Assembly: GCA_044356325.1 (NCBI GenBank)
Contig: JBIKWJ010000004.1
Location: 402-64,401, forward strand
Origin: Minisyncoccia bacterium
GTDB lineage: Bacteria; Patescibacteriota; Minisyncoccia; SW-4-49-11
Direction: 5' to 3'
Length of the DNA stretch: 64,000 bases
The position numbers and the translations under genes were made by a program. The notes under the pieces are model-generated. The model worked only from the letters and a program-made list of their open reading frames with translations. It was not told the origin of the DNA and ran no database searches. Positions 55,876-64,000 of this stretch are shown here, piece by piece (positions within the stretch are counted from its first letter, which is position 1; every line of letters begins with the position of its first letter).

Positions 55876-58800
55876 TTATTTGTTAAGTACTTGTCGCACA
55901 GCTTCTTTAATTCCTATCATCTTACTTGGTTGCAAGAATGTGGATAGAGGTTGTATTATATTGTTAGTATTCGGAAGTTTGACTGGCTTCCAAAATCCAG
56001 AGGTTGGTATTTTACTATCAGAACTAAACTCAGCCCAATTAAATATTTGGTTAAAATCTTCTGCTGACTTTATACCTTTAAAAGATAAATATTCTCGGAA
56101 TAGTTGAACATTCTGATTGTTTGGATTAGGGTTGCTTACAATAGCATCGTATAGCCAGTTTTTACCTGCATCAGTTTGTACATAAGTATCTAATACCTGC
56201 TTACCTAAATTAGAGTCATAAGGCAAGTTCCCTAATTCATTAGCGATATATCTCTGCACTACACCTAAAGAGTTTGTTCCTTTAGTTAATTCCACCATAT
56301 CTGGAGCATCTTCAAATCTAGCTAAAATAGTCTGATTCAAAACGTTTCTTAATTCATCAGAGTTTATGTTATTAACTACTTCAGACATTTGCTCTGGACT
56401 TAAGTTAGCAAAGTCAGTAAGACTATTAACTCCAAATCCATTAGATAAAAATGTAGATCCTTCACCTATATTGATTATAGAGTTATAGATTACTTCTCTT
56501 CCATAATCATCTGTAAAATATGATTGTATAATTTCTTTAGCTTGTAAATCTGTAAGATTTTGCTTACCTAATATTTCAGATAAATCTCTAGTAAATTTAC
56601 TAGTTGCAACTGGTGGAACTTCTGGAGCTAGAGTTGATACTGGAGCTTCGGCTGCTGGTGGAACTGTAGGCTCTGATCCTAAAGATTCAGTGCCTAATGG
56701 TGATGATGCTGGTGTTTCGGGATATCCTGGCTCAATAGTAGGAGATTCTGCTGGAGATGGAGCAACATATTCTGTCGGTTGGAATGCCTCAAGATGATCT
56801 ATGTTAAAATGACTAATTCCCTCTAATTGACCCGGACCTAGATATCTTGAAACTTCATATAATTGCTCTTTTGAAAGACTGGCCATTTCATTAGCATTAT
56901 CTATTCCCCATTGTGCTAATAATCCTCTTCCCCCTTCTGTACCTTGCGCTAATTGAAACATCGTATTCTGACCTACTCCCGACTGCACATAATTTTCTAG
57001 GGCATGCTGTATTTGGTCTGGACTAGCATTTGGCCCTAATTGTTTAGCTATTTCTCCCCATAAAGTCTCACCTTTACTTAATTGAGATATATCTTGTAAT
57101 TGTACAGAAGGATTATCAGGACTATCTATAATATCTGGTTTAGGAGTATTGGTAATCTGCTCTGGATTAAAAATTCCTCCTGGCCTCATCATATCAACTG
57201 CTAATGAGGTCATAAGGCCTCCACCCACTGCTGTTCCTACTACATTTGCAATAAGTCTATTCCTTTGTTGTTTTTGTAATTCTGTAATACGTTCTTTTGA
57301 TAAAGTAGTTAATAATCTACTTGTATATTGCTGATTATATTCTGGGGAAGAGAATATAAATTTCTCAGGTTGAGCTTTTACCTCACCTTCATCACTATTA
57401 CTATTCTCTGAATTTATGGTTTCACCCTCAATTTTATTAATATTAGTAAGAAGCTCTTCTTTTTCGGGCTGTTTTGCAATACTTTCACGCTGTACTCTTG
57501 TACCTAATTCATTTAATATGGCCTCATAAGCTGTTTGCTGTGATTCATTAGTAAATTTACCACCATTAAGGCGATAATAGGCCTCGAGTGTACTAAGCTT
57601 TGTACTAAGATCAACATCCTTTGCCTCCTTAATATATCCTTCTTGTAATGACTCCCCTACTAATTTTGGTATAGCTGCTTGAAAATTAATATTCAAACCA
57701 AATTTATTGATTTTAATACTCCCATCTTCAAAACCAGCACGAGCTAATTCTCGACTTGATACTCCAGACATAAGACTTGATACAGAACGCCTCAATACTG
57801 CGAGTCCTCCCGCAACAGGTAATCCAAATCCTGTTAATGCTAAGGTAGTTCCTACTCCAAAGGCTACCAAATTGAGTCTACTAATAAATTTTTTATGTTT
57901 AATAGCAAAATTGAAAAATCTTTCTTTTAGTGGATTTATTGCCTTCTCAAATCCAGATTGTAATTCTTGTGATTGTAATATTCTTTCTTCTCTCAAATTC
58001 TTAACCTCTTGTGTAAAGACTCTATGAATTTCTGACTCTAAACCTTGAGCTGACATAATACCAATAACTTCCTCAACTGTTTGATTATATTCTCCCCTTA
58101 GTCTTTCTAATTCTAGTTTTGCACTCTCATCATTACGATTTCTATTATACAATTCTTCAGCTCGGGCATAAGCTTTTCTCAAATTATCAAGTTGTGCTTT
58201 TGAGCTAGTTTCTAATTGCTCATCTTGTTTAGAAGTATCACCTATAGTTTCTGTAACCTGAACATTTGGTAATTCTTCAGCTGGGGTTAATTTAGGAGTT
58301 TTATCTATTGGGTATAAAGGAGATTCTTCTTCTGGATTTGGTAAAATATGCTCAATTGGAGTATCCGACGGATCTACAATTATAGGTTCTAAGAATTCCT
58401 TATCATTTAATACTCCTTCTATCCAATCTGGAGTATTTGGATTTAATCCTTCTATGATATAACCTAATTTTTTGTTTTCATTATTACTTGTATATATGAT
58501 ACGAACTGGTCTTGATTTAGCAAAAATCTCCTCAAAAGTCCTTGGGCGATTTAGTTCAACTTCATTACCCTCATTATCAACAATATGTGTAATATTACCT
58601 TCAGTGTTAAGTTTAATAGTCCCTGTACTTACAAGAGAATTTTTAGCATCTGATATGTTAATTAAATCTCTATGTGCTATTAATATATCTCTTAGTTGTG
58701 GTAATTTCCGAGAGAGATGTCCATCAAGTTTATGTGATAATTTTTCCACTTTATCCCAAGCATCTGTTTCTAATTGTCTATAAACATTTTGAACAGATTC

Positions 58801-59889
58801 AGTTCTAAGATTTGGTGCATGTGTGTCACCAAATTCTTTATACTTTTGTATAGCTTCACGTGCTTCTTGTTTTAATAGTTCAATTTCTGCACTATTATCA
58901 AGGGTTTCTAATTCTCCTTCACCAGGATATATTTTACCCTCTATTCTAGCTAATGCACCTCCCGTTTCTCGTTCAACAATACTATCAACTACACCATTTA
59001 ATTCTTCCTGTAATGATTCTTCTCCAGGTAATTTATCAAGTAGTATTTCTGTCTCTACATCTAATCCGGAAGGACTTGTTTCAGATGGAGGTGTATTATC
59101 ATCTTGAAAATACGGATACCTATTTAGTATTTCATTTAATTCAGGATCAATAACTCTTTTATCTATAGATTTACCACTTGCTGAATGAGTTAACTCCTCT
59201 ACTGACCCTCCCCCCTGTTGAGAATCTGGCTCTTCTTCTATTTGAGGTTCTTCTGAATTTAAGGGTTCAAGACCAATTTTTTCTCTCCAAATATTAATAT
59301 TCTTTGGAGTTAATTCATTATTTTGCAATTCTGCTGGAATTAAACCTTCTTCTTGGACTATTCTTCTGAGGTCAAATCTTGCCTGATTACCTTTCTTTCC
59401 TTCAGGAATACCGAGTAATGTTGCAAAGGTTGGGATTATAGATCGTGAAAGTTCATACTTTATTTCGTTATCTGATAATTCAAGAATCCCATCCTTTATC
59501 CTACCCGATTGAGTCCATGTTATTTGATGTAGGGTAGATTCTTTTGATTCATTGCCTTCTTCTGGATCAGGAGATTCTACAGAAGGGACATATTCTGATA
59601 ATCCATATGCCAGCCGAATAGTATTTATCATATACAAATATACCCCTGATATATTTCCTTCTCTTTTCAAATCTAATGCTTCTTGATAATGTGGAAATTG
59701 CTCTAAAACTGGCACAACGCCCTTAGATGTAATAGCATCGATCAGTTGTAGTTTTTCTGTTTTTGTAAGCTGAAGCCAACCTGGTAATTCTCCCCCATGT
59801 TTTTTATGTGCTTTTGAAGCTTCACGAGTTACAAAAGGCATAGATGATTCTTGTTCCACGAATCTAAGTTGTTCTGGTGATCTTCCCAT
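55876..59889 (-). CDS. Giant (1337-aa) acidic hypothetical protein with central TM helices, coiled-coil and Pro/Glu-rich segments
   Basis: Uninterrupted 4-kb ORF. TM candidates are FGVGTTLALTGFGLPVAGGLAVL and LIANVVGTAVGGGLMTSLAV. No recognisable catalytic motifs. Confidence 0.6.
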   Translation of the reverse strand: MGRSPEQLRFVEQESSMPFVTREASKAHKKHGGELPGWLQLTKTEKLQLIDAITSKGVVPVLEQFPHYQEALDLKREGNISGVYLYMINTIRLAYGLSEYVPSVESPDPEEGNESKESTLHQITWTQSGRIKDGILELSDNEIKYELSRSIIPTFATLLGIPEGKKGNQARFDLRRIVQEEGLIPAELQNNELTPKNINIWREKIGLEPLNSEEPQIEEEPDSQQGGGSVEELTHSASGKSIDKRVIDPELNEILNRYPYFQDDNTPPSETSPSGLDVETEILLDKLPGEESLQEELNGVVDSIVERETGGALARIEGKIYPGEGELETLDNSAEIELLKQEAREAIQKYKEFGDTHAPNLRTESVQNVYRQLETDAWDKVEKLSHKLDGHLSRKLPQLRDILIAHRDLINISDAKNSLVSTGTIKLNTEGNITHIVDNEGNEVELNRPRTFEEIFAKSRPVRIIYTSNNENKKLGYIIEGLNPNTPDWIEGVLNDKEFLEPIIVDPSDTPIEHILPNPEEESPLYPIDKTPKLTPAEELPNVQVTETIGDTSKQDEQLETSSKAQLDNLRKAYARAEELYNRNRNDESAKLELERLRGEYNQTVEEVIGIMSAQGLESEIHRVFTQEVKNLREERILQSQELQSGFEKAINPLKERFFNFAIKHKKFISRLNLVAFGVGTTLALTGFGLPVAGGLAVLRRSVSSLMSGVSSRELARAGFEDGSIKINKFGLNINFQAAIPKLVGESLQEGYIKEAKDVDLSTKLSTLEAYYRLNGGKFTNESQQTAYEAILNELGTRVQRESIAKQPEKEELLTNINKIEGETINSENSNSDEGEVKAQPEKFIFSSPEYNQQYTSRLLTTLSKERITELQKQQRNRLIANVVGTAVGGGLMTSLAVDMMRPGGIFNPEQITNTPKPDIIDSPDNPSVQLQDISQLSKGETLWGEIAKQLGPNASPDQIQHALENYVQSGVGQNTMFQLAQGTEGGRGLLAQWGIDNANEMASLSKEQLYEVSRYLGPGQLEGISHFNIDHLEAFQPTEYVAPSPAESPTIEPGYPETPASSPLGTESLGSEPTVPPAAEAPVSTLAPEVPPVATSKFTRDLSEILGKQNLTDLQAKEIIQSYFTDDYGREVIYNSIINIGEGSTFLSNGFGVNSLTDFANLSPEQMSEVVNNINSDELRNVLNQTILARFEDAPDMVELTKGTNSLGVVQRYIANELGNLPYDSNLGKQVLDTYVQTDAGKNWLYDAIVSNPNPNNQNVQLFREYLSFKGIKSAEDFNQIFNWAEFSSDSKIPTSGFWKPVKLPNTNNIIQPLSTFLQPSKMIGIKEAVRQVLNK

Positions 59890-59951
59890 AATATCTATTT
59901 ATTTTACATTATTTTTAGTATATCATATTGATACACAATTCCCAAATTTTT

Positions 59952-61367
59952 TTAATCAGCTTTACGGGGAGCTATGATTGCCCATGGGGTTTTGAGTAAT
60001 ATGATAATATCTAGCCATATGCTCCAATTCTCTATATAAAAGGTATCATATAAGACTTCTTCTTCAAAACTCAAATCTGAGCGGCCATTGACTTGGGCCA
60101 TACCCGTTATTCCTGGTTTGATTGTGAGTACTTTTTTATGATGCTGTTTATATTTGTCTACTTCTCGAGGTTGATGAGGGCGAGGGCCTACAAGACTCAT
60201 ACTTCCTGCGAGTACATTAAAGAATTGGGGTAATTCGTCTATACTGGTTTTGCGGATAAATTTACCTAATTTGGTAACACGAGGATCATTTTTAATCTTA
60301 TTCACAGGACCTGCTTTTATACCTTTTTCAGCTAATAGTTTTTGCTCTAAAGCAATAGATGCGGCATTATCTTCATCGGTACATAATTCTTCATACATAC
60401 TGCGGAATTTGTATACATCAAATGGTTTTTTGGCAACTCCTACTCTACGACTTTTATACAAAATAGGTCCTGGTGAGTCAATTTTGATTGCAATTATGGT
60501 AATAATATATATTGGTAAAAGGATAATAATTGCTATGCTTGAGACTATAATATCGAATAATCTTTTCCAAATACTTCCCCATCCTTCTAGGGTTGTTCGC
60601 TTTACGCGGAATAATAATACTCCTGAGAGATTTTTTACCTCTACTTGGGTATACATATCGAATATATTGGGGATATATTGAAAATCAATTTTATATTCCT
60701 CACATAGATAATTTACTTTTATTAATTGTTCTTGAGGTAATTTGGTATCTGCCAATATAACTTCATCTATTTGTTTGGTAAGAGCTAAATGCCTTAAATC
60801 TTTAAGGTTTAATCCTTTTTGTACTTCTACTATGTGATATCCTATACCTGCTTTAGTATTAAGCGCATCTAATACTAATTTACCAGCTATATCACTACCT
60901 GTAATAATCACAACTCGATGTATTCCCCATTTATAATGTCTTATAATAATATCTTGTATGGTATGTACTAATAATCTTCCAATAAGTAAAAAGATAATAG
61001 CTAAAGCCCATAAGGAAATAATCAAAAATCTTGAGGAGAATAAGTCTCGAGAATAAAAGAAATAATATAAAATAATAATGAGAATTGTAGTAGATACGGA
61101 GCTCAAAATACGATAAAATTCACTCACAATTCCGCGAGTATTTCGAGTACTATACATTCCAGAAAATGCCAAGATAATTACAGTTACTATTGCAAATATA
61201 ATAACAAAACTGTTATACCAGTCACTACTAAAATCATAGGGTATGGGACGATATTCAATTGCAAGGCTTGAAATACGTAATTGATAAGATAATATTCCTG
61301 CTAAAATAATGACAAAAAAGTCTATTGGTACTCGTATAGCACTAAATAATAACTCAAATCTATTCAT
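59952..61367 (-). CDS. Polyprenyl-phosphate glycosyl-1-phosphate transferase (WbaP/bacterial sugar transferase family)
   Basis: C-terminal KRLFDIIVSSIAIIILLPIY...SPGPILYKSRRVG...PFDVYKFRSM...GPRP signature, with N-terminal TM helices. Confidence 0.8.
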   Translation of the reverse strand: MNRFELLFSAIRVPIDFFVIILAGILSYQLRISSLAIEYRPIPYDFSSDWYNSFVIIFAIVTVIILAFSGMYSTRNTRGIVSEFYRILSSVSTTILIIILYYFFYSRDLFSSRFLIISLWALAIIFLLIGRLLVHTIQDIIIRHYKWGIHRVVIITGSDIAGKLVLDALNTKAGIGYHIVEVQKGLNLKDLRHLALTKQIDEVILADTKLPQEQLIKVNYLCEEYKIDFQYIPNIFDMYTQVEVKNLSGVLLFRVKRTTLEGWGSIWKRLFDIIVSSIAIIILLPIYIITIIAIKIDSPGPILYKSRRVGVAKKPFDVYKFRSMYEELCTDEDNAASIALEQKLLAEKGIKAGPVNKIKNDPRVTKLGKFIRKTSIDELPQFFNVLAGSMSLVGPRPHQPREVDKYKQHHKKVLTIKPGITGMAQVNGRSDLSFEEEVLYDTFYIENWSIWLDIIILLKTPWAIIAPRKAD

Positions 61368-61387
61368 ATATAGTAATTGTTTATAGA

Positions 61388-61720
61388 ATTATCCAAGAAG
61401 AATATAAGCTGGATTCTGTTATATATATTTGCAAGCAATTATATATAGGTAATCATTTATCTTGATATACTGTTACCAGTATATTCTTGGCGGCACTCTT
61501 TTCAATACAGAAAAGCACGGCCTTGCACCTGATAGGGTTTATCTCTTTTCACCTTAGATGAGATACACTCAAATGTCTTGTTTCTGCGATACTATCCCGA
61601 TTGAGCAAGCTCAATGATGGGTATTACCCACTATCATTTATTACAAAGTAATAGGTGTCCAGACTTTCCTCACTCACCATATTATGGATATGCGCGATTA
61701 CCATTCTCCTTGGATACTCT
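61388..61720 (-). ncRNA. rnpB: RNase P RNA (bacterial type A-like)
   Basis: The reverse complement contains GAGGAAAGUCUGGAC (P4 5' strand with bulged U) and ACAGAAUCCAGCUUAUA (P4 3' strand, exactly complementary to AAG-CUGGA). It also has UAAGGUGAAAAG and a P1 helix GUAUCCAAGGAGAAU / AUUCUUCUUGGAUA. A TATAAT -10 sits just upstream on the minus strand. Confidence 0.75.
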
Positions 61721-61758
61721 TTATTATAAGGGTTTTTGACAAAAGAGCAACTTTATTA

Positions 61759-63588
61759 TCATTTGCTAGAAGCAATATCAATAATATGAAGTTGTAATTC
61801 TCGATTACCCCCCCATTCATTGATTTCTAGACGAAATACGAGATCAATAATATCATTGCGATGTAATTGATCCAGAACATAAGCAGAATTAAATCCAATA
61901 GCAGAAATGGTTAGAGGGCTCCCTGACTGAGCCTCTGATATTAATTGCAATTTGATATGATTTTGTTCTTTTCCAAGTGATTTAATATCAGTAATTCTTA
62001 ATTGGCGCACCAAAAATACAGGGTTTGGATTTTGCATTCCAAATGGAGCTAATTTATAAAAAGTATCATACAAATCCCAGTCTATAGCCTCAGCTGATAA
62101 TTCTATATCTATTTTTTTATAAGGAGATAAGGTATTAATATCAACTTGTGCACGAATTTGACTTCTTAATGATTCTTTTACGGCATCAGTTTGATGGGTA
62201 TCAAATGATAATCCTGCTGCCTGGCTATGTCCTCCTCCTGAAATAATAATATCTTGCATATTTTGTACCGCCTCTGCAATATTGAATTCCGGAATACTTC
62301 TGGCTGACGCCACATTATGATGAGATTGTTCTTGATACAAAATTACCGGCCTATAATATTTTTCTACTAATCTTGAAGCTACTATACCTAATACTCCAAT
62401 TGACCAATTTTTATCTCCTTCAAAAATAACTGATAATTGTGAAATATCCTCATATTGAGCTAATTTTGCTTCTACTTCTTTTAATACCGTATCAGTCAGA
62501 CTTTTTCTATGATCATTGAGCTTTTGTAATTCTTGAGCCAATTGTTCTGCCTCATTTTTTTCTTGAGTAGTAAAAAGTTTAAAGGCTTGATTGGCATGAG
62601 CAATTCTTCCAGCCGCATTAATACGAGGAGCTATTTGGAATCCTACAGAATAAACACTAATATTCGCTGACTCTACTCCATCAATTTCATCAACTTCTGC
62701 AATAATACCAGTCTCTTCAATCAAGGCCTGTAGGCCTATATTTCGGGTCTTAGCGAGCACATATAACCCATATCTCACCAGAATTCTATTCTCCCCCACA
62801 AGTGGTACCATATCTGCAATAGTTCCAATAGCGGCTAAATCTAAGAGCCACTTTTCATATCCTATGGGAATATTATCATATCCTATCTTAGTTCTAGCTT
62901 CACTTAGGAGGGCGGTAATAACCTTAAAGGCTAGTCCTGCTCCACATAAATCTTTAAAGGGATAAGGGTCTCCTTTTCGCTTAGGCACAATAATTCCAAA
63001 TGCTGGGGGCATTTCTTCTGGTACGGAGTGATGGTCTATGACGATAACATCAACTCCTGATTCTTGTATGATTTCAATTTCCTTTGCGCTTCTCACTCCA
63101 CAATCAACAGTGATTACTATATTGGGCTTTTGAGACAAAATATAAGCCACACCCTCATCTTTTAACCCATATCCTTCTTTATGCCTATCCGGAATATACA
63201 CTTGCACATAGGTATCAAATTCTGTAGTATCTGTATCTCCTAATTGAAATTTACTCTTTTGATTCAAAGCAAAGTATACAGTCTTAAGTCCTTGATACAA
63301 AATGGTACTTCCTGTTACCCCATCAGCATCATAATCTCCAAAAATAATAATTTTTTCTTTTTTTTGTAAAGCCTCAATAATTTTATTTATGCTTTTTTGC
63401 ATATCTAATATTAAAAATGGGTTCAATAAATCTTGATAATCAGCATTGATAAAATTATCTATATCCTTAGTGTTTTGAATATCTCTATTCCATAATAATT
63501 GTAGAATAATAGGATTTAACTCTGGATAACTATTGATAATATCTTTTGTAATAGTTGGCTGTATATGCCATTGATATTTTGACTTCAT
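61759..63588 (-). CDS. recJ: Single-stranded-DNA-specific exonuclease RecJ
   Basis: DHH motifs IIFGDYDADGVTGSTIL, ITVDCGVRS and VIVIDHH, plus a DHHA1 domain. Confidence 0.9.
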   Translation of the reverse strand: MKSKYQWHIQPTITKDIINSYPELNPIILQLLWNRDIQNTKDIDNFINADYQDLLNPFLILDMQKSINKIIEALQKKEKIIIFGDYDADGVTGSTILYQGLKTVYFALNQKSKFQLGDTDTTEFDTYVQVYIPDRHKEGYGLKDEGVAYILSQKPNIVITVDCGVRSAKEIEIIQESGVDVIVIDHHSVPEEMPPAFGIIVPKRKGDPYPFKDLCGAGLAFKVITALLSEARTKIGYDNIPIGYEKWLLDLAAIGTIADMVPLVGENRILVRYGLYVLAKTRNIGLQALIEETGIIAEVDEIDGVESANISVYSVGFQIAPRINAAGRIAHANQAFKLFTTQEKNEAEQLAQELQKLNDHRKSLTDTVLKEVEAKLAQYEDISQLSVIFEGDKNWSIGVLGIVASRLVEKYYRPVILYQEQSHHNVASARSIPEFNIAEAVQNMQDIIISGGGHSQAAGLSFDTHQTDAVKESLRSQIRAQVDINTLSPYKKIDIELSAEAIDWDLYDTFYKLAPFGMQNPNPVFLVRQLRITDIKSLGKEQNHIKLQLISEAQSGSPLTISAIGFNSAYVLDQLHRNDIIDLVFRLEINEWGGNRELQLHIIDIASSK

Positions 63589-63598
63589 ATAATACCTA

Positions 63599-64000
63599 TT
63601 ATTTGGAATTTTTACAATTTAATTCTATACTGAATGTATACGGCTTTACTGATTTTTGTAAGGTAACGGTAATGGGAGTTATGTCTATATCTTGATCATC
63701 TATACAATCTTTACCAAAAAATGATTCGATAAATTCTGTATAATCGGGAGAATTTTTACTAATAATTAGATTATAATTTTTATCCTTTACCCCTAAAATA
63801 TCTCGGAGTTGACTTACAATATCATTAGGCGTATTTTGTCCCCTTATAATAAAATGTTTAACCCCAAGATTTGCAGCATTTTCAATATCCTCTGACCGCC
63901 CTAAATGGCTGAATAATACGAGTGGTATACGCTTATATTTTTCCTCTTGCTGTAAAGATTGGAATAACTCAAACCCAGTCATATTTGGCATTTGAATTCC
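63599..64000 (-). CDS. Response-regulator receiver (CheY-like) domain protein, N-terminally truncated by the window edge
   Basis: MPNMTGFELF...IPLVLFS...K matches the receiver-domain core (D..MP.MDG.EL). The ORF runs off the window end. Confidence 0.55.
   Translation of the reverse strand, partial: GIQMPNMTGFELFQSLQQEEKYKRIPLVLFSHLGRSEDIENAANLGVKHFIIRGQNTPNDIVSQLRDILGVKDKNYNLIISKNSPDYTEFIESFFGKDCIDDQDIDITPITVTLQKSVKPYTFSIELNCKNSK

Noticed and set aside
57149-59153. Plus-strand small ORFs within the giant gene
   Set aside because: They are antisense to an uninterrupted 4-kb ORF.

Overview
This is an AT-rich window (about one-third GC by eye) with the standard genetic code and intact long ORFs. 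The gene content looks like a reduced-genome, Saccharibacteria/CPR-like bacterium, although that placement is itself an inference. Housekeeping genes include the str operon (rpsL-rpsG-fusA), rarA, gyrA, gatB, metG, greA, a priA-def-fmt neighbourhood, recJ, alaS, dut, cmk, msrB, ogt, gpx and a photolyase. There is one tRNA-Ser(GGA), and an RNase P RNA (rnpB) sits in a long intergenic gap. Surface and appendage genes stand out. There is a PilM/FtsA-like ATPase with a membrane partner, and a giant type IV pilin fused to SBBP beta-propeller repeats. The most unusual feature is a ~5.5-kb same-strand array (33919-39375) of seven secreted proteins. Six share a C-terminal VirB2/TrbC-like two-helix hairpin (consensus ..RW.LG.IGI..F...aGFEYATAGGD...NA.IGL.I...). 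Several carry cysteine-rich ectodomains, and one is fused to a phage-lambda-type lysozyme (lytic transglycosylase) domain. The array is translationally coupled to a membrane-anchored solute-binding-protein homologue that has no permease partner. A second striking feature is a family of modular, GC-rich, palindromic intergenic repeats (MITE/REP-like) at seven or more loci, one of them inside the pilin array. Other oddities are a two-domain beta-clamp-like gene with atypical composition, a PriA homologue with degenerate Walker A/B motifs, tRNA-fragment scars and a 27-bp direct repeat flanking a 2.5-kb islet with an orphan DNA methyltransferase, and a ~3-kb patch of compositionally atypical genes.
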